Below, piece by piece: positions 24,191-37,629 of a stretch of DNA of 64,000 bases. The notes under the pieces were generated by a model that saw only the letters and a list, made by a program, of their open reading frames with translations, did no database searches and was not told the origin of the DNA. This DNA comes from Vicugna vicugna. Taxonomy: Eukaryota. The stretch lies in NCBI GenBank assembly GCA_013265495.1, contig MU061668.1, positions 248,001 through 312,000 of the forward strand. The letters run 5' to 3'. The position numbers and the translations under genes are program-made. Within the stretch, counting starts at the first letter, position 1. The number at the start of each line of letters is the position of its first letter.

Positions 24191-25674
24191 CAGGTCCTTT
24201 TCCGTAGGGAGGTGCCCTGACAGCCCAGGGCGTTTGGTGCAGGCTCCACCTCCCTGCCCCCCTTCTGAGGGGTGTGCCTTAGATTCTGTGCCTTCTTACC
24301 CCACGGAGCCATGTCCGGTGCCAAGAGTCACCTGCTTTCTTCCCACAGGACAGTGCCCCGAGACGCCGGGATAACGGGCTCAGGGCCACTTCGTCCCTCC
24401 CCTCCGAAGGAGCAGTCTCGGGGTGTGCTTCCTCTCAGTCCTGCGGAGTCAAGCGGCCAAGGCCTCCCCTGGCTGCTGGTGCCCGTGCGCCACCCGTGGG
24501 AGCATGTGGGGCACCGTCCGCAGGGGACTGCGGCTGTGGGGGTGTGCACACTTTGCTTTGTTCTTAGCTGCTCCCGGACAATCCAGCCACGCTGATTTCC
24601 TGGGTGTTCTGGGTGCAAGAAAACCATCAGGGTTTTCAGACATTTCCCCAAAAGGCTGGGGAGCCAGACCCTCCGCTGCGCGCTCCCTGTCCTGCGGGAG
24701 GAGTCGTGGGCTGGGTCTCTCTGGGCTCCAAGTCCGTCAGCCTCAGGGAGAAGTAAGACAGCAAAGTGTGGTTCCTCTCGCGTTTTGTGGCCCGCGGGGG
24801 TGCCAGAGCCGCTCCCCTGGATCCAGAGCTCTCACCAGGGTATTTTCGTCTGTAGGTGGTTGTCAGTCAGTGTTTCCATGGGGGCCTGCGGGCTGGGACC
24901 GCCTATTCTGCCATCTTAAACCCTCGAGGCCTGAGGGATCTGGCCTGCTCACTTCTCCGCCCGCCTCAGCTTCCAGCTTGCTCCCGACTTGTCCTGCGCC
25001 AGCCCCACATCTTCCATCCCCTCCCTCGCACACCAAGCTCCCCACGCCCAGCAGCTCGGTGACCCCTGCTCCCTTTGCCTCAACGCCTCTTCCTGGCTGT
25101 TCACCCACTGGCTCCCTCTCATCTCTGGATTTCATTTTCAGCACCAGCTCCTGGACGGGCTTCTCCTGTAACCGTCCCCAAGCCCGGCCACGATTCTCTC
25201 CCGCGCTACCCCGTTCTTCCCTCCGTGTACCTGTCACAATCTGGTCCGCCTGGTTGCTGTCTGCCTTCCCCGGAGGAGGTCAGCCCCGAGAGGGCGGACG
25301 CTGTCTGTCCTGTTCATCACCAAGTCCCTGCCCAATCCCAGCAGATTTATTTTCAAGCAAAATGTCAAGCAGTAACACAGCCCTCGCTGTGCCAGGTGTC
25401 ACGCTCGGATCCTCCCTCCCATCTGTGGGTATGCGGGGGCTTCTGGCCGTAAATAACCCTGCAATGGGCGTCTCCACGTGCACCATCCTCTGTCCCTGCC
25501 TCTGCTGGTTTTGGTCAGTTACAGCCTCAGAGGTAGAAATACGGGCTCCATCAAAGAGCACGAATGCTTTAAGGCTCCTTTATGCACACGGCCACACTGC
25601 ACTGCAGACAGCCCGACTGAAGACCCAACACAAATCTCCACCCTGAGCGTGAGAGCCAAGGGACGAGAGACGCG

Positions 25675-25800
25675 CCTTCAGATGAACAGCGCACATGCAC
25701 CGGCTGGGGACCTGGATAGAATGCAGATTCCGATGCAGGAGGCCTGGGGTGGGGACTGACCTGCTGCCTCTCTAACGGGCTCCCAGAGGGTCCCCCAGAA
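25675..25800. mobile_element. MER5A-like fragment
   Basis: ggggacctggatagaatgcagattccgatgcaggaggcctggggtgggg...ctctctaacgggctcccag. Confidence 0.65.
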
Positions 25801-26199
25801 CCCCTCGCCCTGCCTGCTCCTTCCTGCCCATGTCCGGGCTCCCCGCCGACACAGCCCCGGGCACCGGTGCCTCTGCCCAGACCCCGGCCGCCCAGGCCTG
25901 CAGCCCCGCTAGGAAAGCCTGCTCACGTTTCTGCGCTGCTTGCCGCGGGCCCTGTCTCCACCCGGCTCGCAGCTCCGTGGCCCCTGACGTGTGTGTGGTT
26001 CCTGGCGGTTCTGAGCGGGGTTTCCCACTAGGTGTGGGGTGACCTCACCCCTTCAGTTTCCAGGACATTCCGCCGCCCTGGCTGGGGTGGCGGGCACCTG
26101 TGGCTCCACGTCCTGCCTGCCCTCTGTCTCCTCATCTTATGCCAGTGCTGTCTCTTTCCTTCTGAAGACCCACCCCCCACCCCTAGTCCGTGTGTTTTG

Positions 26200-26510
26200 G
26201 GGGAAGTTAACCCTCTGTAATACCAGAACCGAAAGGTGAGCACATAGCCTAGGCCTGGCCAATCAGCAGACTTCACCTCTTTCGTTTCAGAAGCCTGTCC
26301 AAGGGTGGTCATGTGACCCGGGAACCCTGTGCCTGGACTTGCAACAGAGCTACTGTGGATGAGAAGCTGCCTCCCCTCTGGGGGCTGCCGGGGCCACTAC
26401 ATGCAGCTAACTGACCAGACAGGGAGGCCAACACGGAAAGCAGGGCTAAGGTAACAGCCAGTGTCATAGTTTGAGCCCCTGGGTCAAGCTGGACCTCAAG
26501 CTGACTTAAT
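26200..26510 (+). mobile_element. Old MaLR/ERVL LTR remnant (MLT1K/L or LTR33-like)
   Basis: aggcctggccaatcag, gggtggtcatgtgaccc, ggccaacacggaaagcagggct, tttgagcccctgggtcaagctg. Confidence 0.6.
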
Positions 26511-28464
26511 TTGGATGGGTGGGGGTGGGCCACAGTGGAGCTAAGGCTAAAGCCATCAAAGCAATGCACCAGTTGAGCACTGAGGCTTGTGTGTCAGGGT
26601 GTTCAGCACAAACTAAGGAGGGAAGAGAAACCCCACGGGTGTCCACACGCACGCACGCACGCACCCAGACACGTTGGGCGCACACAGTCTAGGCCAGAAG
26701 AGTGGGGGCCGTGGTGGGGGGTGGGGGATCGCAGCCAGCAGAGAGGAGGGCTGCTCCAGTCGGAGGAGAGGTTTTACCACTTTGCCGGAATCTTTGCGTG
26801 ATACTCAATCAGCTTCAAAACAAAGAATGAAAATACGAGACGCATTAGCCGGCTATTAAATAGCGTAATGGGAGCGTGAGTCAAAACAGCATCTAAATAC
26901 GGCACAGCGGCCCCTCCAGAGACTTCAAACAGCCTCGCACCTTTCACGGCTCCCCAGGGAGGAGGCCCTCCCCGTCTTTGTCATGTGAACGTCCGGGGCC
27001 TTGGGGTGAAACCACTGGGGGGGGTCCACAGGAGACGTCCAGCAAGGTCACACAGCCCTGGGCGGCGGAGGGCGGACGCGCAGGAAAGGCTGTCCTCCTA
27101 AAGCCTGGGGCCGGGCTCACCACCAGAGGCGGGTTTCCTGGGATGCTGCGGAGGCTGAAACCACCGGGCCCCACTTGTATGGCCCCTTCGGAGACCAGAC
27201 ACTAAGCTCTGGGTTCTTTTTCTTGAAAAACGCCCCCGCAAGCTATACCCGTTGGACACTCTGCGCCCTCCAAGGAGTGGACCCACAGCACCCCAAACAG
27301 ACCTGTTTCGCACTTCCTCTCCCCAGCCTTTCAAGAACCCCAGACCCAAGGGCGTTGTCATAAACCTGAAATAGGCACTGAGAGGCCCGCTTCCAGGGTA
27401 TCTCTGCTCGTCCTCATTTGCAGTTCCTTCCCGGTTTCTGATGATTTAGACACTTGTTATGCAAACGACATCTACAGAGACCCATTCTGTGAAACGCCTA
27501 CTCGCCTCTTTGAAGGTCTTCTGCATCCGAATAAAACCAAGTCCTCCCCTTCTGCCTAGGCTGGCGCTGGGGGTCCCCGCCTGCAGGAAGGGAGTAGCCC
27601 ACAGGAAGCCCCTTGGCCGCCCAGCTGCCGGCCTGCAAGAGCAGCCCCCACCTCTCGGCCTTGGGGCGAGCCTGTCTGGGCTGGGGGAGGGCTGGGGGCC
27701 ACGGTGACAGGCTCCGGGGCTTGGCCTGGACTCAGTTTCCACCCAGACATCCCCTCTTGGCCCCTCAGGTCTTTTTAAACTTTCAAGGGCATCTCCACGA
27801 ACAGACTGAAGGGACACACCTGCCCTTCGCACCCCCACAAGCTGGCAGCACTGGAGAAGGGTGTGGGGGCTGCCCACAGCTGGTGCCCTGCCCAGAACCA
27901 CTCGGGGCTTCTCACCTTCCCGACTACCTGGAGCAGGGGACTCAGCATCCCTGGGCCTCTGGATACGCCATCCCCCCAGTATTAAAGAGGACCCCATTGT
28001 CTCAGTTACCCGACAGACGCTAATGACTGCAGAGCTGCTTGAAAAGTAACGGTGATGATTGTTACTACGTTTTATATTAAATTACCAACCATCGTAATTA
28101 TTTAATTAATAATTATCATTATTGTATCAGCTAACACTACTCAGCACCCGCCACACGCCAGACTCGGAGCTCATCGCCGTCCAGGCACTAACTCGATTCA
28201 GTCTCACTGTTCTGGGAAGATGCTAGCACGTTTATTTCATCTAACCTTGTAATTGCAAAAGGAAGATGTGTTCCTCGGAGCAAATTTAACAGCACAGAGG
28301 TGTGCAAGGAGCCAGCTCACACTCTCCCCTGCACCCGCCGCCCGCTCCCTGTCCAACCGGCTCCGTCCCCACTCTTCCAGCACAAACAGGGTGAGCAGTT
28401 TCATGCGAAGCCTGTCCTTATGCCAGCACGTGCAAGCACATATAGGAAGGCTCAAGAGAATCAG

Positions 28465-28615
28465 CCTCCCCATTTTGTGGATAAGGAAAATGCAGGCTCA
28501 GAGAGGTTAAGTGACTTGCCCAAGGTCACACAGCAGGCAGGTGGAGGAGCAGGCAGTTACTTGACACCCAAGTTTAACGGCAAAGCCTTTGACCTTACCC
28601 ACTAGCCTCCACTGT
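28465..28615 (-). mobile_element. MIR SINE
   Basis: ccccattttgtggataaggaaaatgcaggctcagagaggttaagtgacttgcccaaggtcacacagc. Confidence 0.85.
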
Positions 28616-28659
28616 CTCCACGAATCACATCAGCTTTGAACAAAAGGAGTAATAATAGT

Positions 28660-28870
28660 CCTAACAGGAGGAGCCAGCAGAGCACATTCCCTGAGCACTG
28701 ATCGCGGCAGCATCTCAGATGCATCGCGCATACCCACCTAGACTGCCCCAAAGCATTGTGGGTTTGTCCTATAATCTGCACAGCCTCTCCCCCGTTTCAC
28801 AGACAAGAGAACTGAGGCTTCCCCAGGGGAAGCCACGGGCCCAGGTCACACGGCTAAAAGCAGTGACGGA
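28660..28870 (-). mobile_element. MIR SINE fragment
   Basis: cccgtttcacagacaagagaactgaggcttcccc...ccaggtcacacggct. Confidence 0.65.
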
Positions 28871-31789
28871 CCAGGAGTCAGACGCAAGCCCTCTCTTTGC
28901 AAGGTCAGCCAGGAAGGCGGCTGGGCGGGAAGGGGCAGAATTTGGCCCTGAGCCAATGCGCAGAATGGCCACCATGCCCCTCCTGAACTCACATGGACTT
29001 TCTGCAGTGCCTCCCACTGGGTAAGTTCCCACACTCCTTGCTGAATTCCTGAAGTCCAGCAGGGCACCCGTGCGCAGCTGACAAGGGATAAACGCGTGTT
29101 TAGGGAATAGTGTTCAGTGAGTCATGTGTTCTCGCAGCAGGAAGGCTGAGCTGGGCTGAAGGGGACACCGGCGTGACGGTCTCCGGGGAGGCCCTGGGGG
29201 TGAGTGGGGAGTGGGGCAGGGCAGCTGGCAGGGCCCACCGGGATGACGGTCAGTGGAAGACAACGGGGAACCGGGGAGAGTGACAAGCATTGTCCTCTGA
29301 GTTCACAGTCAGACCTCACGATTTCACACAACAGCAGACACTTCAGGAACAGGCCCATCGTCTCCGTGGGCGACGCTGCTTCCTGCCGCCCCGAGTCGGC
29401 CAGTGGGGGAGGCCGGGTAGACCCACCACTGTGCGCTGGGGGCCGCCCGCAGGGCCCACTGTCACTGCGAGCCCTGCTGGTGCGGGTGAGGACACACGGA
29501 CCCGACTCGGTGAGGGGCTCTGGGAGCCACCGCTCCTCCCCGCGGCCCGCCCTGAGCCTCGAGTTTCCCGTCTGTGATACTGGGACATCCAAATCCAGAG
29601 AAGGAACGAGGGAAGGACTCTGGGAATGAGGCAGGAACAAGTTAAAAATAAGCAGATCTGCACCTCTGGGCTCGATGCAAGGCAGGTGGTGAAGTAAGTG
29701 TGCGTGAACAAAGAAGATGATGAACGAGCAAATGCCCCTTCCTCCCTCACGTGACGGGAGACGCAAGCTCAGGGAGTCCAGACGGTTTCTCACAGCCTGT
29801 TAACTCTTCTGTGAAGAGTGTGCACTTCCCGCAAGAGGAGGAGCCGGGACGCCCTAAATCAGGGCGCCATCAGCAGGGAGCACACGTATTTCAGAGCCCG
29901 GCGGCCCTGACCGCCCCGGAGCCAGCGTGCGTGATGGCACGGGTCATCCTGGCTCTCCGCTCCGGGGATAAGAAGCCTAAGACACTTCCTCGGTCAGCGT
30001 TCAATCATCAAACGTACCTGTGGCAAGACAACGGCTACCCCCTGGGTCGGGCTGAAGGCAGCAAGCCGACGCGATCCGAGCCCCGCCCTCTTTCAGTGCT
30101 CCTGCTGTCCCCTTGGTGGGGAGTACGAATTCTTCAGGAGCGACGAGGTTCAGCAAAGGAGGACGGACTTAGAACAAGGATTACGTGTCCAGCCAGGCTC
30201 CATCCAAGCCCGAGCAAGCGTATCTTCATCACACAACCGGGCCGGCTTCTCTGCTGGAACCTCCTCCCGGCAGACCTCCTGGACGGCTCCAGGGATGGCG
30301 TGGGATGGGTCTTTGTCAGCGGGATCTGGAATTCTGGAGGACCGTTCCCTTAAGGCATTGTCTCAGCCACCAAAATGAGCCCAGCCTAGAGCACCTGCCT
30401 GAAAATGAAAATGGTCTGGTCTCAGGTGGTGGGTGGGGGTGGGGGTTGGGGGGAGACCAGAGCATGTCCGGTGAGGAGTGGCCAGCGTGGCGGCCCTCAG
30501 TCGGCACAGCTGCCCCATGGCAGGGGAGCAGGTGGAGTCAGGGCCCCCAAGGGAAGTGACGCCCCCCAGCCCCAGGGGATGCACTGTGGTCCTCCGTCAC
30601 GAAAACTACAGGCATCTCAAGATGGATGGCTGTATCTGAAGATAGAGCTGTCTGTCCCTGGAGGTGTGCGAGAGCCTGGGCTGCTGGACAGGGCGTGTGG
30701 GGGTAAACGAGGGCCTGGACTGTCTCCAGGGCCCCTTCAGCCACCAGGAGAAGCCGAGACGCTAAGATCTGACCAGTCCCCCTGTTAAAGCAAGTCCTGG
30801 ACAGTCAGTGCTGGTCAGGTGAGGGCGAACTGTGCTGCGTAGGTAAAGGAGCTCCATGCCACACGTGCTTCGGTCTGTCGGTCCCTGTCATTTCACAGGA
30901 AGCATCTGCAAGGCCCAGCTGGGTGCCCGGTCCTGGGATCTCAGCAAAGCTCAGCAGGGAGCCGCCTGCCCAGGGCTGGGTGTGCCCGAGGCTCCCGGAG
31001 GGGACACAGCTGGTGGCAAGTGTCCAGGCCAAGGGGCCACCGGAGGCAGTGAAAGAGGCTTCTGGGAGGAGACCCGAGGGCAGCCACCTCCTAGACAGGG
31101 ACACAAGATGAGCTTCCCCTTCTCCAGACCCAGGCCGGGGGGTGGGTGCACGGGACGTGCAGCCCCCCAGATGCCTGCAGCAGGGGGGCTGCCGCCACCA
31201 CAACTCTCCTGTCCCAGATCCCGCCTTCCCAGCGGAGTCCTCCAAGGACAGTGGGGTCTCAGCCTCCGGGCTGCCGAAGCGGGGCGCTGAGGGCAGCTGC
31301 AGCCACGGCCGGGAGGCGCTGGAGCAGGGCTGCACACAGCGGGTCTGTCTTCCAGCAGCAGCAGCTGAATCAAGGAGAGCGGCGAGAACAGCGATGCTGT
31401 GCGCGGGACTTAGTGCTGAGAAAGACTGTCCGGGCAACAGGGAGCCATGGCAGGCTCCTGAGCAGAGGAGCAGAGGAGTGACAGGGTTAAACGGAGCTCC
31501 AGGAGGAGCACTTTGCCCTCCGGCAGCGGGGTGCGATGAGGACTCGGAGCGGGTGAGAACACAGAAATCACAGCGACCACACGTGCAGGGGCGGGGCGGA
31601 GTGCCACGTGTCCTGAGGCCTCTGTACCGGTGACCTCACTTTTTCCTCATCTGGCAGCTCTGTGGGGTGGGGACTGCTTTGTCTCCTTTGTACAGACAAG
31701 CAGTGTGTCCCACGAGGTCACACTGCGGGCATGTGCTGGCCCCGGGCTCCAGCCCCAGGTCTGCTCTGGGCTGGGGCATCGAGCTGGAC

Positions 31790-31860
31790 GGTGTCTCCCT
31801 GGGGAAGTCCCTCAGCCTCCCAGGCCTCAGTTTCCCCATCTGCGAACCAGCAGTGATAAA
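31790..31860 (+). mobile_element. MIR SINE fragment
   Basis: ctggggaagtccctcagcctcccaggcctcagtttccccatctg. Confidence 0.7.
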
Positions 31861-33589
31861 CGCCCACCTCTCAGGGTGCTTCCCTCGGACCCCAGAGTCT
31901 CCGTGTGATTTCTCCGCCGCACGGCAGGCTAGGACTGCCCCGGAGAAACCTTCCTCTGCCTTGTTACTTTCAGGAGGAAGAGAAAAAAGTCCTCAAATGA
32001 TGTCCTGGAAAGGCCAGTTTTAACTCAGCTCCCTGGCATTTTGAGATTTTTGCTCCCCCAAGAAGAGTCTGGAAGGAATTTTCTGGCATTGACCCAATCT
32101 GAGGAGTTGCCAAGGGCTTCGGCATTCTCTGCACGTTGCAGCCCTGGATCACACTGTCACCTTGAAGCAAAATCCCGTCCTCTCTTTGGTGGACACCTGG
32201 CGGGCAATCTTTAATTTACTCCGGCCACACTGAGTGAGTGAGGAGGTGGGCGGTCCCCGAGGCTTTGTGCCCCTGCAGCCCCTCCCACTGGTCCTGCTGA
32301 ACCGGGGACCTGCGCCCGCCCCCAGAGCCCTGGGCCCGGCAGCCCTCCACCCCTGGCCCCGAGCCCTGCAGGCGACAGGCACGGACTTGGCGCCTGAGGC
32401 AGCCCATGTCGCCGGCCCTGGGCACCAGGCCCGGGGCAGCCTCACCCGGCTGGATGGAGGGCCCTCCTGTCCCCGGAGGAGGACAGAGCCCTGCACAGGG
32501 TGGGCTGGCGAGTCCTCCTCAGGTCTAGAGACAGCCCGGACCTCCCGGGGGCTCTGAGGCCAATCCCAGAGCCTCGAGCTGTCAGCCTGAGGCCTCGCCC
32601 CTGCCAGCCTTCTGGAGGGCTCTGTCTCCTCTTTCAATCTTCCACGAGAACCAGCGTGGGCTGGAAACCAATCCCACGGTCAGCACCGAGCTCCCTCCCA
32701 GCCTCGAGACCCGGGTACGTCCGCCCGGAGGTCCAACAGATGCCCCAAACTCGCCTGGATGGTGAGCCCACCACGGCCTTCCCCTCTCCGCTGGGGCCCT
32801 GTCCACCTGTCCAGGTGCTCTGTGCCCCTGCCCAGCGGGGGTTGGGGTTCTACACCCGCAGGGACAAGGCAGGAAGCATGGGAACCCACTGTGCCCTCTC
32901 CGCGCCAGGGCCGAGCGGAGGGAGAGCCAGCACCTCCCTGACAGATCACAGCAGCAGAGGCGAGATGGGACAGGGAGGAGGGAGGTGCAGACGTGGGGCC
33001 TCCCTCCGCGAGCCCGAGGCTCGGGACACAGCAGCAGCATCTCCTCTGAGCGCGGTAACCCCGGGGCTCCAGCCCGCGGTGGGCTCTGCCGAGCGCACCG
33101 CCTGGGCCCTCGCCCCACCCCACCCTGCCCCCGCCGTGGGGGGCCCTGGGCCTCGGTCTGTTCACACGGCCCCCGGGTGAGGTGAGACAGGCACTCCGCT
33201 GACAGCCCGGAGCGGAGAACGAGGACACGGCACGTGGCGCCTGCCCGGTCTGTGCCATGCGGGTCCCCCGCAGGCCCTTCTGCTGGTGGAGCTCACCCGG
33301 ATGACGGGGCATCCTCGGCCACCCCGGGGTGTCTGTCCTCCAGCACCCATCCTCCACATGGCCTGGGGACGGACACCAAACGCCAGAGAACTCAGATTCC
33401 CAGGCGACTTGAGTCTTGGCCAGTCTCTCATTTCTTCCTATCAATAAATATCCAAGCTCCTCTTCAACCACCCTTTCTCAGTGAAAGCACAGAGGAGATC
33501 AGTCATGAGACAGAAAAACGCCAACAAGACTCTCAACAAACCTGGCCTGTTGATACTCACAGAACACTCCAGCCAGCACCACCAGAGCA

Positions 33590-34530
33590 CATACCCCTCC
33601 AGCCCCACCCCACAGGCACGTGCTGGGCACCTGCTGCGGCCCAGGCCCTCCACTAAGCAGAGGTGCAGCCGGCCCTGCAAGGAGCTGGCCGTCTAGCCGG
33701 GCAGGCAGACTGGGAGACGGTTCACTTCTCCTGCAGCCTGGCTGGTGTCCTGACACAGACAACACAGAGGAATCAGCAGGGACCCCGAGGGGGTGAAGCC
33801 CACACTCCCGGCATCCACACAGCAGAAGCCCTCAGCGTACGTCTGATGAACGAATTCGTTTTCCTAGTTTTGAATGTGTTTTGAATCGGATTTTAATACG
33901 AAGCATATTATGGAATACGAAGTTTGAATTATGACTATCTTTTATCAGCGAACACACTTATTGTCTGTCCCTCCAGCAGAATGAGGCTTCCATGAGAATA
34001 TGACTGCTCCTGTCTTGTCCGCGGCTCTACCTCAGGAACTAGTGTGGTGGTCGGCACACAGCAGATCCTTAATAAGCATTTATATGCCAAAGGGGTGTAC
34101 TTCTGTGGGGCTCCTGTGTCTGACGGCGTCTCCCATTTTCAGCCATTCTCTTTGCCTTTGAACTTATCAGCTCCTCCTGGTCTGCAGATCTGCCTTTCAG
34201 AGCTTTCGTAGGGTCTGAGATTCAAAATATCTCTAGCTTTCCTCCCTCCATGCCTGGCCATGGGTGTGTGTTGGCTCTGCCTGACCAGTACCCATTCCCT
34301 GTCTCCTGGTCACTGTCTTCTGTCAATGTTCTTTTGAGGAACCAGCCCTCCGCCTCCTTGTCTGTGAGCCTCGGCTGGAGTTGAGCCTGCTTTCCACCTC
34401 AAGGCTGGACACATGACCCTTCCTGGCCAGTCAGGAGCCCCCGGCCCCTGGGCCACAGTGCTCAGTACAGGGGTGACAGCAACAGTGGCAGTGAAAATAT
34501 TTACGACGTGCTCGGTACTGTTTTAATGGG
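33590..34530 (+). repeat. Local segmental duplication, copy 1
   Basis: Aligns to about 40375-41240 at offset about 6789. 33639-33813 is identical to 40428-40602; identity decays 3'. Confidence 0.9.
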
Positions 34531-34539
34531 GAGAAGGAT

Positions 34540-35420
34540 GGATAAATTGACGACTTAGATGACACGGGCTAATTCCTTAGAAGACACACACTGTCCAATT
34601 TCACTCAAAGGAGATAAATAATACGAATAGCCCTGGATCTAGATTCCAGTGAATTCCATCAAACGTGCACGGGAGAAATAACACCAGTTCTACACAAGCT
34701 CTTCCAGAACATGAAGGGAGGACCCCGCCCAGCTCATTTCACCAGGCTAACACTTACCCTCACCCCCAAACTAGACAAAGACCCGGCAAGAAGGAGAACC
34801 ACAGAGCAGCACCCTTCACAAACACAGATGCAAAGACCCTCAACAAATCCTGGTGAATAAAATTCAGCAGCCAGGCTGAGTTAACACTTGAAAATTAGTC
34901 CATGCAATTCATCACACTGACAAGCTAAAGAAGAGAAACTGTATGATCATAGCTACAGATACAGAAAAGGTCTTGATAAAATTCAGCCTTGATTCATGAT
35001 GGAAAAGCGCTGCCAACGAGGAACAGAAGGAAACTTCCTCAACCTGAGAAAGGGCATCTGCAACAGCCTCCAGCTAGCATCGCACTTAGTGGCATGAGAA
35101 CGAGTCTTCCCTCTAAGACCAAGAACGAGGCCAGCCCGTGCGGCCTCCCCACTCCTATGCAACCTCACACTAGCGATCGTGGCCAACGCAATAGGCGAGG
35201 AAAAGAAACCAAAGGCACACAGGCTGGACTGGAAGAATCACAGCTGTCTCTATTCACAGATGCGTTCATTCTGTAAGTAAGAGTCCAAAGAACTTACAGG
35301 AAAGCTACTGGGACCGAAGAGAGAGTTCGGCAAGGTCAGTACACAGTCGCCAACAGGTTTCTATTCGTTAGCAATGACCAACTGGAAACTGAAGTTTTAA
35401 AAAACAAAGGAAGCATAAAC
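34540..35420 (+). mobile_element. Old LINE-1 ORF2 (RT region), decayed
   Basis: cacagatgcaaagaccctcaacaaatcctgg, gaaggaaacttcctcaacctgagaaagggcatct, ctgtctctattcacagatgc (LSLFTD, the decayed LFADD motif). Confidence 0.88.
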
Positions 35421-36029
35421 ACAAAATCTGGTTGGGGAGCGCCTGGGGGGGTTGATGGGGGCAGGACGGGAGAAACATGGAGAGGGAGACGCAACTTTGC
35501 TGGCCATGCTCTGGTTCTGAGCAGGGTGATGGGGTCACAGGTGTTCACAGTTCAAGACAGACGCACACGTCGACAAGCAAGTAAATTCAAAGCGGGGGAA
35601 ACACCCCTGGGCCCTAACCAAGATCTGGGGGATCTGAGGGGCCACCACGTCCACTCACACTGCAGGACGGGCAGCCGTGAGGGTACTCCATGTGTGGCTT
35701 TGTGACACTGAGCCCGGGGGTGAGTCCTGGCCCTGCTCTGACCTGCAGCATGGCCTCAGCTTCCCCATCTGGTCAGGCAGGTGTGAACAGCCTCTGCCCA
35801 CCTGTCACCTGGGCTGATCAACGTCCCCTTGCCAGCAGCCTTCCCAGCGCACACACTGCTCCACCTGTCACCTCCCCCGTCCACGGCACAGCCTAAGCTC
35901 CTGCCCACTTCCTGCCTCCCTCCCGACAGACACGTGGGTGCCCCACTTGCTATCACTGCTGGTGGTGCAACAAGGCCCACAAGCCCACCATGGCGCAGCC
36001 TTTGTCAGGGTCCCCGGGGTCCCCCACGC

Positions 36030-36870
36030 TGTTATGTTCAGTGGTCACTCTGGCCCTCCAGCAGCCTCGGCTATGACTGACCTCCTGGGACCCTCTCCTC
36101 TCTGAGCTCCCTGAGCACCACTCCCTCATTTCCTCCCCCCACCAGCTCTCAGGATGTTGGGGAGCCCGCCTCCAGCTTGGTGACATCATCCCCACCCAGG
36201 GCCTCAAACACCCTCCATCGGATGGACCCTCTTCTCTCCAGCCCGGGGCCCTCCCTGACCTTCATGCTCTGATCCTAACCGCCACTCTGCGGCTCCATCA
36301 GGCTGTCCCAGGGGCAGCTCAAACGCAGGCAGCCAGACCAGACTCCTGGTTCCTTCTCTCCTGGCCTCCACATCTCAGTAACCGGGGTCATCTCCCCCGC
36401 TGGCAGGCCCAAAGCATCTTGCAGGTCCTCTCTTTCCCTCTCCTCCCACAGCCACCCATCACAGAGCCCTCCCAACCCACCCCACCCCTAGGATGCACGG
36501 GTCCCCCACACCCCCACCCACATCTGAGTCAGCATCTCTTGGCCCTGGACCCTGCATGACAACCTTTCTTCTAGAAGGTCCTTCTCTTGGCTGTTTAAAG
36601 GGATGGCACCCTCTCTCCCTTCAGGGCTCAGCTCAGAGAAGTCTTCCAGACCTTCGCCTTCCCCCGTCACACCCTGCCATGGCCCCTTCTGTACCTAACT
36701 CTCTGTGAAGCTCTTGTTTCTTTGCATCCTTGTTTATTTTCTGCCTTCTGCCTTGAATGTCAGCTCCAGAGGACAAAGTTCCCTGGGGTCACTCATGGCG
36801 GAGCCTAGTGCTGTACCCGGCACATGGGAGCATCTCAGCAAATACCTGATTATGAACGTACGCTGTATGA
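36030..36870 (+). mobile_element. LINE-2 3' region, decayed
   Basis: gtgacatcatccccacccagggcctcaaacacc...ccagactcctggtt...tgaatgtcagctccagaggac...cggcacatgggagcatctcagcaaatacctga. Confidence 0.7.
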
Positions 36871-37629
36871 TAATGGCTGAAATTACAGCTTGATTCCTTC
36901 CACAAACAGGGAGGTCACTACCTGCCCATTCCACAGTGGACACATCCAAATATAAAAGCCAGGATGTTACTGTAGCTGAAAAGACTCTCGAAGGGGGAAA
37001 CCGAGGCTCGGAGAGGACAGGGCGCCACCTAAGATCAGCGGACAGCAGGGTGGCATTAGAGCCACATCCTAATTGCAGGACACACCAGGAGAGCCAGCCT
37101 CCGAGGAACAGGCTTCTCTAGGACCTCAGTGTGACCCGACCTGGATGCTAACTGGCCCACTTTTCAAGGCACAGTTCTCTTGTTCCTTTTCAGGGCAGAA
37201 CTGGGCAGGGCGCCTACCCTCAGCTGGACCTGGCCCCACCCTCCTGAGGAAATAACACATGGTGGGCTTTGACACCATAACTCACTCCTGGCCTGTAAAC
37301 TTCTTTAGCCAAGGTTAACACATTCAGCAGAAATGTAAAGGGAGGACCAGCAGGTCTCATCAGCACTCACGGGAGAGGGTTTAACACTCTTTTCACCCTG
37401 AACGGCACAAGGGGGCGTAATGACAGCTCCCCCGGAAGGTTCCAGAGCAGCACTAACGGGCAGGGGGCCTCAGGGGGCTGTGGGCAGCCAGGCCCCCAGC
37501 ACCAGGCAGCCCCCCCATGGCCCGTCTCAGGCCTGGACAGCGAGGCCCCAGGCGAACTAGTTCAGCCCACAGAGCAATTTCCAGTCATTAGGACGCATTG
37601 AGAATATGAGTATTCTTTCCTAAGAATAT

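Noticed and set aside
24423-25646. Longest ORF in the track (407 aa, plus strand)
   Set aside because: Starts at GTG, is Ser/Pro/Gly/Arg/Leu low-complexity with no recognisable domain, and crosses a very C/T-rich stretch where stops are naturally rare. It ends next to a MER5A remnant. PhyloCSF or Ribo-seq would be needed to revive it.
29751-30353. 200-aa plus ORF in a CpG-rich patch
   Set aside because: GTG start, no recognisable homology and no coherent set of splice sites.
13480-35420. Idea that the two plus-strand L1 ORF2 relics are one element split by ~19 kb of insertions
   Set aside because: Both contain the same consensus segment (about 15030-15140 and 34645-34760), so they are independent insertions.
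37021-37036. Second CTCF-like site (GCGCCACCTA core)
   Set aside because: Only half of the motif matches; the CCAC/CCAG end is absent.
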